Assembly (NCBI GenBank): GCA_002633005.1
Contig: NMRA01000105.1
Coordinates: forward strand, 474,010-538,009
Reading direction: 5' to 3'
DNA length: 64,000 nucleotides
DNA from: Phoronis australis
Taxonomy: Eukaryota; Animalia; Phoronida
A program made the translations under genes and the position numbers. This document shows positions 48,479-63,429 of the stretch, piece after piece; within the stretch, counting starts at the first letter, position 1, and each line of letters opens with the position of its first letter. The notes below the pieces were generated by a model. The model saw nothing but the letters and a program-made list of their open reading frames with translations, was not told the DNA's origin and searched no databases.

Positions 48479-49772
48479 TCTTCAGATCGACCGAGCGAGT
48501 TTGTGCCCCCGATCTCGTGTCACTGGTGACGCGTACTCTGGCGCTCGGTTGACTTGCATAAACATGGCGCATGAGGTTTTGCTCTAATCCTCTTTCCTAT
48601 TCTTCACTTCAATGAGAGACTTTTCAAGTTTTTTAAATCGCAAACTTCAAACTCGGATGAATCAAATTTAGCTGGAGGAAATCTTTCCGTTGACGGAATC
48701 CGTGAACCCCATTTGGACCATTGTTTTGTTATTTGTATGGTATTACTAAGAAATTTAAATAGCCGTAAAACAAAAATAAAAGCAAGAAATTCTATTCCCA
48801 AAACACGAACCAAAATAAAAAACGGCGCTGCATGGCACTTTCAAGTAATAATGAGCGATCAGCCATCGCAAAATGGCCGTGATGTAATCTTATGGCTTGG
48901 GTGTCGACCTTGGGACGAACGTGGATGGGATGATCAACGAGGGGGAAGCGAGACTGATGTCGACCCAAAACAAATCTTTTGAATTTAGTTAACAGTCCAG
49001 TAAAGGCAGGAATGGCCGTTGAGTTGACCACTGTCTGATCCATACAATGCCACGAACGGAGGCCCGACCACAATGCCCAAATTACAAGACGAGTTGGAAA
49101 ACATTACATTTTACAAAGGCAGAAGTAGAAGTGGACATCAAGTACAAGCATGAATTTACGTACTCACTTACCTAAATAATAATGACATAACGTACTGTGC
49201 AAAGTATAACATAAACATCAAAACTAAGATGGAGTTCGTGTTCTGAGTACAGAGCTTAGAGTTTGACACCTTAAGCACACTACTAGGCCTGCACCCGCAA
49301 GACAAAACCTAGTCGCGTGGACTATTTCACGGTGTTAGGAAAGTTCGCCTTTAGAATTAAAGAAAAAGAGATAGAAAGATGATACATTCGTGTTAATTAA
49401 AAAAANAATGCACACGTAAACTCAAATTTTAAACCCTTTCAATAGGAAAACTGCTGTGACGAATTCACCCCCGTACCTGGACACCAAGTATTTCATTAAT
49501 CTAATGGTTTGAAGGCTAGCAGTCAGATGGGTTCTGTGAATTGCTTTCGCGTTTCCCTTATTATTTAACGCAGTGTTTCACTGTGGCAACAAGCATAACA
49601 TTTCCAAGCTTCAATCCCTTTGTAATAACTAATTTTTTGATTGTCATTAGATGGATTTTTAGAGTTTAAAAATCTCATTGTGCTATTTTTATCCCCACAA
49701 GCTCCAGGGGCGGATCTAGGATTTTGAGTTGGGGGGCAGGGCAGAGTATTAGCCAGGATTTTGCCCGGCAGA

Positions 49773-49933
49773 CATTCACTCGGCCCTTGCATGCATTCGC
49801 TACTAAGACCGACCTCAGAGGAGTAGGAGACACTTTTGTGCAATGCTCGACTGTCTGCCAGTAAACGGCTAGGATTCGAACGTGGGTCTCCTGAACGGGA
49901 GCCTGAAGCTCAAACCACTGAGCCACACTGTCT
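49773..49933 (-). mobile_element. tRNA-derived SINE (duplicate of 48318-48478)
   Basis: Same A and B boxes (TGGCTCAGTGG, GTTCGAATCC); lies within the 1.45-kb tandem duplication. Confidence 0.75.
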
Positions 49934-52900
49934 TCTTCAGATCGATCGAGCGAGTTTGTGTCCCCGGTCTCGTGTCACTGGTGACGCATACTCTGGCGCT
50001 CGGTTGCGTAAACATGGCGCATGGGGTTTTGCTCTAATCCTCTTTCCTATTCTTGACTTCAATGAGAGACTTTTCAAGTTTTTTAAATCGCAAACTTCAA
50101 ACTCGGATGAATCAAATTTAGCTGGAGGAAATCTTTCCGTTGACGGAATCCGTGAACCCCATTTGGACCATTGTTTTGTTATTTGTATGGTATTATTAAG
50201 AAATTTAAATAGCCGTAAAACAAAAATAAAAGCAAGAAATTCTATTCCCAAAACACGAACCAAAATAAAAAACAGCGCTGCATGGCACTTTCAAGTAATA
50301 ATGAGCGATCAGCCAACGCAAAATGGCCGTGATGCAATCTTATGGCTTGGGTGTCGACCTTGGGACGAACGTGGATGGGATGATCAACGAGGGGGAAGCG
50401 AGACTGATGTCGACCCAAAACAAATCTTTTGAATTTAGTTAACAGTCCAGTAAAGGCAGGAATGGCCGTTGAAGTGACCACTGTCTGATCCATACATTGC
50501 CACAAACGGAGGCCCGACCACAATGCCCAAATTACAAGACGAGTTGGAAAACATTACATTTTACAAAGGCAGAAGTAGAAGTGGACATCAAGTACAAGCA
50601 TGAATTTACGTACTCACTTACCTAAATAATAATGACATAACGTACTGTGCAAAGTATAACATAAACATCAAAACTAAGATGGAGTTCGTGTTCTGAGTAC
50701 AGAGCTTAGAGTTTGACACCTTCAGCACACTACTAGGCCTGCACCCGCAAGACAAAACCTAGTCGCGTGGACTATTTCACGGTGTTAGGAAAGTTCGCCT
50801 CCAGAATTAAAGAAAAAGAGATAGAAAGATGATACATTCGTGTTAATTAAAAAAAAACGAATTAGAGCTAGCATTGTACAAAACACGATTTTTACAAACA
50901 CTGTGTCTTTACCATCTTGTGAGTTATAAAAATTACTAGAGTGTTACGTTCTTTGTCGGCAGTCATATTCGATGAATGGTTTTATGCGAATAATTCATTG
51001 CAATCCCAAGAGACGAAATTATCTGAAAAATGGATAGGTATTTCCGGTTCTTTGGGATCGCTTATGGGCGAAACCTCGTCGGCCTTTAGAAACACCGAAG
51101 GTCAACAAAACAACCGATAACTGTCAGCAGAGAATTAATTCCTTGTTGTTTTATGTAACTATGACTACATAAGGTTTATTGTCACCAGTAGTGCGTCAAG
51201 GAGTGTAAACTGAATAAATTTTCAAGAATCACTCTTGTTTTCACTGTTCTTTGGTTACTGAAAAGGAGACTAAAGCCTCCCAAGTTAAATCCAGGGCACT
51301 TGCTGTCTGCTGATGTTTTTCGTTGCGTGTATTCATGTGCAAAAAGCGAAAGACATGATAACACTAGCTTCCTTCGCAAGATGCTTGCATCTACGGAACT
51401 CAATCCTGTACAATTTTTTACCAGTTACAAGAAGGCGTTTAAACATGTTTATTAGATAGCCAGAATCGTATGGGAATCGGACTGATCTAATTCTGCGTAG
51501 CCTATGCTAAAAAAATAAGTTCCTCACTCTTGCTACAAAGTGTTTCTGGGATACACGTTTCCAGGAAATATGTCTAGTCTAACAGAAGAATTAAGAAATA
51601 TTGTGAACTGTAGTTTTAATTTCATTGTCGTTGTCATTGCTATCACTTTTTATATATTCCCTCTGTTATGAGAGGTTTCATCTCCTCTATGAATTTAGAC
51701 CACGGTCAGCTGTGCAATTTTTATTTATTATTAATATCGTTGTATTGTAGTATGTCACATGCCATTTGATCTTTTGTTCTGTAATTTCCCTAAGCATGGA
51801 GAGATCCTGCATAATTTATTGAACACTTCGTCACTGACACGATTGTTAGACTATTTTTTGTTTATCGATCTCGTATTTTGTCTACTCTAATTACTTAAAT
51901 GTTACTCTCACCTGCCCATCAACAACTAATCTATCTAAAGGTTGAAACCATTTTTATCTTTGTTTCACTTACACGCCCAGTCAAGTGAAATCCTATAGGG
52001 AATATGCTAGTGCATGAAATATCGATTTAGTTAATCGGTTATACATGTACAAAGCACAACGGTTGTGCTAACAATACAATAAACCAGCGGCGTGTTAACA
52101 AAATATCTCAAGCGTTTGGCAACTTCCTCTTGGGCCTTTTATCTGCAACAGATTGTGACCAGAAAGCTAAATTACCAACTTCTTTAAGCTATATGTTCTG
52201 GGTTCCGTTTCATGAAAGCTGACATAAGATTTATGACAGAAATTTGGACTTACGCCCCACACCATTATTTCTGAAAAATAATTAAATCTCACTTGAGCAG
52301 AACTGCAAAGTCTCTGAGAACAAACACATAACTGCCAGTTACTGAGATAATTTCTACAAATTATTTCTAGACTTTGATGCACTCACTATTACTTGGGTAA
52401 AACCATTTTTAGCGATAGTGAAGTGGGAGTCTTAAGTCTTACGTCACTGTCATGAAACTGCCCCCTGGTGTAACAGCATCACTAAACTTACTTCCTAAGC
52501 GTGCTTGAGCTTCCAAAGCAACACCATCGCGTTCTTAGCCTTTTGCAAAAATCTCAATTGGTTACAATAAATCGCCAGGAATTCTCCTAGGTCAGTCATA
52601 CTGGCAGGCGACTGCATGGAACTACATGTATATGTAACCGGCCGCAACAAACAACCTAACGGGCCTGGTGTGGCGAAATAACGACCTCTCAGTTCATCTC
52701 AAGCCGAGAAAGCATACCTAATCAGAGTAAAGAACAAGATGACATCTATTTTGTTACAGTAGGTGGCGCTAAATCAAAAGTTGTTTTTAGACTCAAGGCG
52801 AGGTTTTATTGTCCCTTTAAGTGTTGTGTCTGTCTTTAAAAACTCCTTTTACCATCACTTATTCTCCATTTCGTCTATGGAAACAGAGTTTGAGTTATGC

Positions 52901-53924
52901 GTTTTATTTTAGATAACGTGTTTTCAGGACAGTTAGTTTTCGTAATTAATTATTCGCGTTGTTGAGCACCCTGTCAATTTGCCACTTGAAAACACCGGCA
53001 AAGAAGCATTTGCAAATTTGCTTGTACTTCGAAAAAGATAAAAATCAAATGTTTTGATAACACCTCATTCCATGTGAAACTTGATGTTTTTTGTTACTGG
53101 AAGGCTTTTCACCTGAATAAGCTTCTCATTTTTGACAATTACGTTGCATCGTCTTTGATCTCACGTACCTGGTACGGTATCTGAAGATGAGGCCCTTCCG
53201 TTTCATTCATAGCAGTCAGCTCGCTAACACGACTCTGTTCTCATTTTTATGAGGTCGTATTACCGTGTACAGTTGTGTCTATAACGTATGGCTATGTGTT
53301 TTGTATAGCTATGTTTACTTTCAGTTAAAATGAATTTTATACAATATTAGCTCGTATTCTAATATTGCTTTGAGAGAAAATCAAAATGTTTATAGCATCT
53401 AAAATTAGTGAACTTTTTACTGGAAGGATGAATAGCGTATGATCATATCTCTGTTGGTCGTTTCGTGAATGAATAAAAGTAATTCCTTCAGGCCCATTCG
53501 CTCATCAGGTCAGTTACTGCATTGGCTGGTCGGGACGCTAGTACACCACGTTACTTCCCACTGGAGCAAAGCGGGGAAAGTGAAGCAATTATCACCGCTA
53601 CTACCTGCACTACCACCACTACATGCACCATCACTTTCTGCACCATTGCTACCACCATTTAATGTGCACACCCAGCCTAAAAATTGGGGGACTCTAATTT
53701 TTGAAAATGTGGACCTTTTACTAAGATTCACGGGGTATGTTAAGAGCTATGAATTAGGCATTCGCCGAATTTTGGTTGTTCCTGCCTTTTTAGCGGACTT
53801 TCATCTCATTTTCTACTTTTTTGGAGTTTTTGTTTCTCTGAGGCGGACCCTTTGCCCACTTCGCCAAATGGGGATGGTGCTCGTTCGACCCCCCAGAGTC
53901 CCGCAGGGTGTGGGGTTGTTGATT

Positions 53925-54106
53925 ATCGCCAATACCACCACCACTATCCCCACTATCACCAACTTTGCTACCATTACCTGCACTACCCTCACTACGATCA
54001 CCATTACCGCCACCACCATCGCTACCAACATCCCAACCAACACCACTACCAACAACACTGTTACTACCAACACAACCGACAACAAAAATAACACTGCTGC
54101 TGCAGC

Positions 54107-54155
<49 letters not shown>

Positions 54156-54160
54156 ACCAC
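53925..54160. repeat. Degenerate (ACC/ACT/AAC)n tract followed by a near-perfect (CTG)n microsatellite (54094-54155)
   Basis: Directly visible; explains the overlapping low-complexity ORFs on both strands. Confidence 0.9.
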
Positions 54161-56356
54161 TTCTATCAACTTCACATGGACGGATTTAGGAGGGGAGCGA
54201 ACTCGAGTCCTCCCCTCTACGGACACGACCAATAAACACTGCATGCATGCTGTTTTCAGGGTTTGAATGTAGGCATTTTCCCCAAAATGTTGTTGTGCCC
54301 CCCTTGGGACATCCTAGAACCTCCAGTGTAACGCCGCCGCCACCACCACCGCCAATTATTACTATTGTCACCTAACGGTGCACTTAATCGGTTTAAAAAT
54401 TCTCTGCGTTCTCCAGTATCATCAGCAAGTGTACATTCAGCAGGCGTTTGACCAAAATCTTGAGGTTTTATGGAATTTGTTGGTGTGAAGTTATTTTAAA
54501 GAATCACTTTCGAGTATTCATTGAAATGCCTGTTTCAGATAAATAAAATGCTTTTTGGGCACGCTATTTGCAACGGTCACGGAAATTTCTACCATCGATA
54601 GAATGATAACGGCGTGTTTGACAAAAATAGAACATTGCCATCCTTTTATCGTACAAGTGTCTGCAAAGTTCCTGTTAAAGCCTCATACAGGAGTAACGTA
54701 AAATCGTTAACTTCAAAATAGAAAAAATAAGGTTTGCCAAGCTTTGAATTCAATTAGTGAGCTTACAGACGGAATCTATCGTAAAATGTATAAAATTACC
54801 ACTTCGCCATACTGAGAAATGTTTATGTGTACTTTCTTTGGCAATAAGTTTTGAAATGTTTAAAAGCGATGGTTTTTGGGTTGACTATTTCCACAGCGTC
54901 TCATCAACATTCTTTAATACCGGAATAATGTTTGGACGTGGATTATTCTTCTCAAGTTCTGGCACGTTTTCTTGCAAAGTTCTCCTGGCATCTCCCCAGT
55001 TCTCCATCTCTGTTGCAGTCAATACTAGAACGGGAAACTCTGACCTACTGTTCTTACAGGAAATTTTTGTTAAAATTTTAAACAAAAATAAATGTTTAAT
55101 CTTTTCTATTGTCTACGAGTGTTGCTCATACTGCGGCAGTGCTGAAATTGTAAGCATTTCAGGGATGTTTAATTTTCAGAGATTACGCTAGGCTACTACC
55201 GGCACTTAGTGAACAAACAGTAGTTTTGAACACGTTGTAACACTCCGCAAGTCTCACTCGGTGTTAAAAATAGATCATCAATCGCTGAATATTCTGTGAA
55301 GACATGACTGGTGAACCCTGTATATTAATTGCTTGGGCTATTGAATAGCAAAAGGAACGTCACCGCGGATAGAAAGCTCAGTTTCGATTCGATAAAATTG
55401 TCGCCTAACCACGCCTTTCTTTTGCGTCCTTGGCATCAATCCATCTCAAGTGTTCATTGTCGTAGATAAAAACGCGACAAATTTGCATGTTGTTTTGATA
55501 TCTTGAACGCGTTGCCATGAACGACAGAAGAAAATAGTGAAATTGAGTTCAATATGTTGAAAACGATCCACTCCCCCAGAGAGTATTTAGAGACGAGTGA
55601 ATCAAGACCAAGAGAGAAACCTACTGGTTAATAATACAAAAATAAAAAGTAAAACAGTGAAGTTGAAAGAATCATCATCGCCTGGAATAATAAGGTATGT
55701 TTACATTTTGTATGTCTGATCTGTAACAGTCCTGCGGTGACACAAGCTGCTCATATTAATTTTATGTAGGTTCACAATGTTTTATTTCAATAAATCCATC
55801 AATATGAGCTTGCAGATCTCGTGAAATTATGCTTAATAGATTAATGCGCGTCTAACATCTGTACACTAATGACAGCAGATACGTATATAGCTCTGGCGAC
55901 TGCTTAACGAAAAGCCACTCTAAACACGTCTTCTGTCATAAAAACCCACTTTTGATTTAGGCCACGTGCTGTTATGAAATTGGTCAAAATAGATGTGACG
56001 CCTGGGTTTGTCACTGCATGAGAACAGTCTCTATAAGTTGACTTGCAATGGCGTGTCACGTTCTTTGTCAACATGGTCTAACAGTTGTTGAATACAATTG
56101 CCCTGCACATTGCAGTGTAGAAATAATTTATAAAAATTGACCCGAGCAACAACGGGGGAAAGTACTACACCCCAGTAATTGTCCATTTAGGCGCGTAAAA
56201 AAGTGTACAAGGGTAGAAAAAGTTGGGGAAAGAGGGACAGTCAAATGAGAGTTCCAAATTTGAGTATTGAAAATGATGTAAACGCGGCGAAATTCAGCTT
56301 TACAGCGAGACTTTCTTATCATTCCTGAGTTTTCCTGTCATTTCCTACAATGAAAA

Positions 56357-56521
56357 CATGGGCGAATCTAGGATTTTCAGTTAGGGGGAGGGCCAGGGCA
56401 GAGTATTAGCCAAAATTTTGCCCGTCTTACATTCGTACCCCCGAACTAGCAAATGGAATCTGGAAGATTTTTTTTGGGGGGGGGCATGGCCTCCTTGCCC
56501 CCCTCCCTAAATCCGCCACTG
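56357..56521. mobile_element. MITE, CAGGGGCGGATC-TIR family
   Basis: CATGGGCGAATCTAGGATTTT...CCTAAATCCGCCACTG; colinear with 46860-47018. Confidence 0.75.
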
Positions 56522-57169
56522 CAAAACGCATTACATATACGAAAGTGTTTCGTTGCCCACTCGAGAACTAAATATCCAGGTATATGCTTGCATTCAGTGT
56601 ACTTAACGTTGTTACAATGACAGAAGTTACTAAAGAACCAAGGATTTATCCAGACCGTTGGATTTTCATGAAAGGTGTTCCCCGTAAATGGTTGGGGTCC
56701 TCCATGGTCGTAGAAAAATTGCCTTTGCTCAACGATGGGCGATGATTGACTAGGCAACTTAGTTTTCCTGGCAAAGTAGAACACTTGGTTGAAACCATAG
56801 CATAATTTATGAAAGCATAACCGCGGTATCTTGTAACAAAGCAATATCAGAAAGTACACGTCAATGGGAAGCTCAAGCCCATGACTTCAACACTGAGGTA
56901 TGTGTATTTGCAACTAAGACCAGAAATTACTCCCGGATTTGTAGAATTAAAAAGCAGTTTTGTGAATTAGCTAACGTTGTGTAGTTGAAATGCCATTGCT
57001 ATTTCAAAGTACTTTTGAAGGGCTGTAAAATGGCAAAACATATTTAAACACTGGGAATTATGTTGACTTATTGAGAGGTTTGTATTAAACAGCTGTCGTC
57101 GAAAACTCATCCAAATGAAATAATACAATGGTGAAATTTTATTTTTATTCAAGCATAGGATTTTCTTTG

Positions 57170-57369
57170 ATATAGGCACAGCCTCAGAAATCGCTTTCGC
57201 ATTATATCCAGGTTCTCATTCACTCCCTTCCATTCATTAACTAGTAAAACGGAGCTCAGGGTAGGAGACACCTTTGTGCTATGCTCGATTGTCAGCCAGT
57301 GAAGCCAGAATTTGAACCCGGGTCTTCTATACGGGGGTCCGGAGCTGTAACCACTGAGCCATACTGTCT
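57170..57369 (-). mobile_element. tRNA-derived SINE, same family, longer copy
   Basis: Minus strand AGACAGTATGGCTCAGTGG...GGTTCAAATTC, shared body CGAGCAT..CACAAA.GTGTCTCCTAC. The 3' boundary is approximate. Confidence 0.75.
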
Positions 57370-60300
57370 CAAGCTGATAACTTTTTTTAAAGAGGATTGT
57401 TACATTTTTCGAAAGCACTTTTGGACAATATTGCATGTTTTACTTACTCTGAAATGTATATTGAATCTTTTAAGTCGATTTATATAAAACAGCGTTTAAG
57501 TCACATTACGCAATTAGGGAGAGCCAGAGTAAAAAAAATTCAAACTCGAATTATTCAAGTTGGCAGCGGTGAATATTTCATTGGAAATAACCGGTGAACT
57601 TCGTGTGTTCCTTGGTCACAGCGTTATGTAATTAGAAATGCTAGCTCGTCGTATTAACCTTATGTAGGGCCAGTGTTCGAGCTTCAGCAAATAAATGTGC
57701 TGGCCCCCTGAGCCAGTTACTTGAATATGAGACCACATCTACATGGGACCTACTTGTACATGTGAAAGTTTACTGGCCCGGCCGCAAATCCTCTGGTCTC
57801 GGGCCACCGAGCTAGCGTGTAGAATCCTAGAAAAATGGACAAATTTTGCTACTCTGGGAACGTCGTATCTCAGAAATGACTGAAGGTTTGATAAGAAACT
57901 TTCAGCTCAGTGCTGCATGCTTTGTGCACTGTTCTCTAATACACTTTGCGGAATACCTTTTGCATGAGATGCGATAAATATTGTCACTTTTATGATTTTC
58001 ATTAAGAAATTCAAAAGTTGCGTGACGCGAAAACGAAGTGATAGTTTAGAAAACTGTACCAGCTTTTTTGAGATTTTATCTTGGACATTTGGTCGTGTTA
58101 TTGACGTTTTTTGGCAATGAATGTACTTTTTTGCTAAATTCCAATAATGAAACGTGGTTGTAGTATAAAGTCAAAAATCAAATTCAGAGTTTCTACATTC
58201 AGAATATATACACTGTTCAATTTTAGAGTTTTGTAAATGTTTGCACAGACTTGTCGATAAAGTCTTAATAAACTTAAAAAACTCCATCGCAAACCAAGAA
58301 CTAAAACTGGCTTTCAAAGACGGCGCTGTGTTTGGTTTCAGGGCCGAAAAGCGCATTTTTTTTATTTTTGTCTGGTAATATAGGACAGACGTTTTAAAAT
58401 ATTTAATTGTAACAGAAGTTATAAAATAGAAAATTTCGTTAGGTATGTGAGAATTTGTGATGAATCGCCGATATTCGTCTTTGACTTGCACACATTCGGC
58501 AGAATTAGTTGAAATCTAGACTAGTGTCCTTGTCAGTATATTTAGCTGCTCAAAGATAGAATTAGATCTTTCGCATAACATCGGCTTCATGACAATCCGA
58601 ATCTGTTTCTGTTGCCAAAAAGAACAACCAAATCATCAACGACGCATCAGAGTTTATTGGAATTGGCCAACCAGAATATTGGGGATTAGAAAATAGCACA
58701 ATCCAGCATTGTCTGTTCCTTTAGTTGTTGTCTTTCAGCAACAGTTCAAGATCAGGTGAACAAGGTAATGTTTTTAAAAGTCACGTGCAACATTGACCGC
58801 TAATCAGCGACAAAATGGAGCTATAATCACGCAACACCCGACTAATAAAAAGAAAGGATCAGACTGCGGCCGTGGATTTGAATTGGTTTTTTAACTGACT
58901 TCAAATGCACAATGTTGTCGCCGGCAATGTCATTTTAACAATTCCTCAAACGGAAAATGCGACGCTGTGACCTGGTCGGGCAATACAAACAAGCAAGCTG
59001 ATTGAATTGCTGTTGTATTGGTCTCGTTATCTGTTTCTGGGGAACACGGCTTTGACATTTTCAGACCTTACTCTGAGTAACATTCCAAAAACTAAAGGCG
59101 TGTGCATGCACTTCGTGGTCCCATCTGACCATAAATACACTTTCAAAGGGCTTTAGGGTTCGTATATCAGATAGGCTGGGTAAATTGGTTTTGACACCCC
59201 CCAAACTGAAACTGTTGGTTTCGCCCCTGTTACTATATATTTGTACCTAAGTGTGCATAATCCATTGATCGAGCACTACGTATGGAATTATGTTGCCGAG
59301 TGAAATAACATTTTCGGGCATCTATTGGGTATGCGAAATAATAGTGAGCCTTAGAAGGTTCAAAATGGACATGTTCTCGTAATCAAAACCAGTTTTTCAA
59401 ACACTGGGGTCATTTGAGTGTGCGGCAGACGCTAACATTTTGCGTCTATCCTACGAAGCGTTCTCGCCACTGAGCGCAGCTAAGTTATTATGTTTTACAA
59501 TCAGGAGAAAATTGCGGAAATTTGCCAGGAAGCCTTTTAAAAATCTTTCTCTTTGAAAGCAAGTGCTTCTTCATATACTTTGTGAGGTACGTTATCTCGC
59601 GGTAGACTAGAACTCGCTAATGATGCCTGTCCCTAGATTTCGCACATGCGCAGGGCAGCGCAAAGTTTGTTTACAGAGTCAAAACTGTCCTCAGAATTTT
59701 CGACCTGGTTATTTTATAAATTAGTAATTATTTTCGTGCGTTAGTTCCATCGGTCATGCTTTCAGTTTCCCTACATTTATTTTGCTTATCAGTTTATGTG
59801 TTTATTTAACACTTTGTTATTTATTTTTTCATCGTATCTTGTGTATTTTATATTATTTATTCTTTTGTCTCATTTGTACCTGGTCCCACAGAGACTGAGA
59901 CCAGTGTTTTTACCTTGCATTGTGTTACCCAGAACAAATAATCTTAAAGGCATACCTCACTCAACGGGGATTGATTGAATTTCATACCACGCCCTTTACA
60001 CGTTTGTGAGGTAAGCCTACATAATCCCGTCATCTCACGTCTGTCCCTGCTTCACAGGCGTACGATGATCGCTGATGGGCCTAAACCCCTTGCAAGATTA
60101 TAAGGAGACGCGTTCCTTGGAAGATAAAAACAGAAACAATGAGTTTCGGACTGATAGGTCTGCCGCTGTGCGCCCTGGTGGCAATTTTTACGTTTCCTGT
60201 ATCTTCGGAGCTACGAAATTATAACTTTTCATGAAATAAAGTTATAAAGTTTCTATCAAAGAGAAGACGATGCCTTACCAATAAATTCTGGACGGATGTA

Positions 60301-63300
60301 ATATAGTTGTGCTAAAAATACAAAAAAAATTTCAAACTCAAAACAGTTCGCTCTTCATTTGAAATTCACCCGTGCTTGATTCGTTTACTACCTGGCCATC
60401 ACAGCGGCAGAGTCTCCCGAGAGTTGACAAGAATCATTAATTCGCGAAAAAAATTGTCTTGCTAAATTGACTTTAAATTTCACTTACTAGTCAAATCATA
60501 TTAACGAGAAAAAGTTCACAACCAGCATTCATCAGTGTCCAAGGATAAAAACAAACGAATAATTAATCGAAAAAAAAGCTGGCCAAAGTGTGCGGCTTTA
60601 TATTTACCAATTTAGAAAACAGGATGAATTTTGTTATTCGAAAGGTATCACTAAAGTATAAACATTTTGTAACCTTCAGCACTGTTTGTGTTTGTCTTAT
60701 TTCACTATTAATCTTTCATTTGGGCGGTGGTTTTCACGGAAACTTCATCACACATGACGGCAGCTGAGTGACTACCCATAATGCACGAGTCAGCTGTCAC
60801 TAACCGCGGTGGCCATTTTAGGTGGTGGTGCACCACCGAAAAGGAAAACTAAATTAAGAGTTCATATCAAATTAATTTATGTTCGAAAACATTTGGAGCT
60901 ACGTTGAATGGTTTTTATTTGGGCTAAAGTTTTCAATTAACTAATATGCATGAAATTACATTTCATAAAGTTTTTAACACAATGAAGCGGAAAGGGTATC
61001 CAGGGAGGCGGCAATTGAACTGCAATGTAGTTTATTAGCTGAATGTCTGCTATGAGGTTCCGTAGTAGTCCGGGTACGCGATCGCACGTGGCACAATCAA
61101 AAATCTTCTCGATACTTCTCATTTCATTAACAATTAAACTATACTATTTGCCCACATGTCAAGTTTTCTTTCTGATGTTATTTCGCCAACAGTAGCAGTT
61201 GTATGCTATGAACTCCATCGCTCATTGTTCAAGTTAAGTCGACAAAAATGGCTGTAGAGTATCCCGTAGAAAATTGGAATTCTATTTACGAAATTCCAGT
61301 TGTGTACAAATTTCAAGATTTCATGTCTCCACTTGAGTTTGCCCGTTAGTACCAACTGGCAACGAAGGATATTTTTTCTGCTAAAACTGCCGTCGATTCT
61401 ACCATGCCTCACTTCTGCTTGGTAATAAACTTCACAGTTAAAAGACATTCACTGTTTCCATGGTCTCAGGCTTTATTAGGCGTCCTCAAAAATAAATAAA
61501 TCCGACGAGATATCCACTGTCAAGAAGCCATACGTCCATAGTTGTTCTTTCTACTAATGCGCTTGGCGTCTCGAAGTCTCTCACTCAAGCACAATGCCAT
61601 GAGACTTTTTTATCACAATATGAAAAGATCAAGGTGTTTCGAAAGCGAACGGAAAACAAACCGCGGGTGACGTCGTTCTACTCTCAACCACGCGATCAAT
61701 ATGTGTATACGATGCTGCAAAAAATACCATTCTACGTTTGAACACTGCATCATCAGAATTTAGGTTTGCAAAATGTTCTTATGAACGATTCAGGTGAAAT
61801 ATTTGAACTTTGTTGATTTTTAACCCTTATCCTGCGCTAGGCGAGGTCAGCCGACATGAGTGAGCGGTTATTAGAGTGTTATTTTGCAAATAATGAGTAC
61901 TTAGTTGACGTGCATTCCATGTTGGATGACAACTTCAGTAACACTTAGGTGCTGGATTTGAGAAGAAGAATGATGCAGCACGTCGTGTTGATTAACGTTA
62001 CCTAGTTGCGCTTGGCATAAGACGTTGTACAAGTAAGACAGTCGAGGATTTATCATTCTTGCTATTTGTTGCAAAGGACATGAAACTCCAAGGGTGCCAG
62101 ACTTACCTCGGTCTCAGTGATTATATGGCTGATCGAGTTTTGCCAACTTTTTGTTTATTTTCATAGACAACCTCGAAATAAGTGTATTTTGTGAGCCTTG
62201 CAGCTCGAACCAACTTTTTGGACAAACTGGGCTAATTATTAAGTCTTTCCAATGACGTAATTTTATTTTTCTATAAGCCAGTAAGGCTGCTACTGAAGGG
62301 TAATGAAGAAAGAGACACTTTCACGCCACGTGGTGGCCCACTTTAGAAAATAATTCTTGATGGTAGAAATAGGCGAGTCAATGGATTTATACCCCGGGTT
62401 TGATGTCTGCTGGGCCGGGTTCATGGGATCGTAGCGGATGGATATTTACGACAAACACAGTTAGTTACCGTTGCTAAGTCACACAAGCAAAAAGCAAATA
62501 CGGCGAAGTCCTGTGGGAATGTGCTACCCTAGCAGATTCTCTACGATGTGCTTTCGATCACATTTCACTGAAACTGTTACTATCCATATACAGTGGCGAC
62601 GAAAGCATTCTCATATTCTTTTGGCAAATGGTCGTCATGGTTGAGGGTACGACGGGAGGGATACTCCCTCTCCCAAGGGGGAGGGAGGGGGTCTAGGGAG
62701 CATCTCCCATAAGTTTGAGAATTCAAATCTCATTTGGTGCATTCTAGAGGCCTCGAAGTGCCTTTTTGACGTACTTTATGGAGAACTGAGACCGCCGTGA
62801 AACTACAGCGGCCGGACCGGTTCCGGCGCCCATGACGTAAAGTTATAGATCACGGCATTTGCAACAAGGGAAGAAAAGAAAAAATTTGCAAGCAGCAGCA
62901 TTTCCACGATACCATGCCTTTATTGAGCTCATTCATAGATTGCGCAAGCTCGTTGACATATCAAGCTTCATTCGACAGAGAAAGACTACTTTCATAAAAG
63001 TTGACGGCTTTTGCCATCCATATTCATAGTAAGCAGCAGCTTGTTCAATTAAAAACCTTCTAAATTGTGAATAATGCAAGAGCAAATCGTTGCTTATTCT
63101 TAAGAAGATGGTACGTGAATTTTGTCCCCGGGGTTTCTCGACTATATTTTGAAGGTGGCTGGGGGTACAGTTGGAACATTATCATTCCCAATCTATTTCA
63201 ATTAAGTGTGAACTCGAAAAAAGAGATCAATTGTCGGGAGCTTCCATAAAAAGTCATGTCATGGAGTAACGTTCCTGAAACACTTCCCTTTCTCCACAAA

Positions 63301-63429
63301 TTTAACCCTTTTGCAAGTATTCTGCTTAAAACCACCTTTTTGACAAGCTGCATCGTTAAACACTCCTTTATAGCACCTCTTGTCCCAATCGTGAGTTGAA
63401 TATTTCAAAAACAATAGAAGAAAAGCGAC

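Larger units (their letters stand above)
47940..50855. repeat. N-joined tandem duplication of about 1.45 kb (47940-49405 / 49407-50855), probable allelic assembly artefact
   Basis: Colinear copies with scattered SNPs and small indels; single N at the junction (49406). Confidence 0.85.

Noticed and set aside
49836-50432. 198-aa ORF
   Set aside because: Begins in an antisense SINE, is broken in the sister copy of the duplication, and has no recognisable motif.
53469-54371. 265-aa and overlapping ORFs with poly-Ala/Thr/His/Leu
   Set aside because: Open frames on both strands are produced by the (ACC)n and (CTG)n repeats; no domain signature or splice support.
54885-55085. Purine-rich minus-strand ORF (EMENWGDARRTLQENVPELEK...) as a terminal exon
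   Set aside because: No recognisable homology and no partner exons found; cannot be supported.
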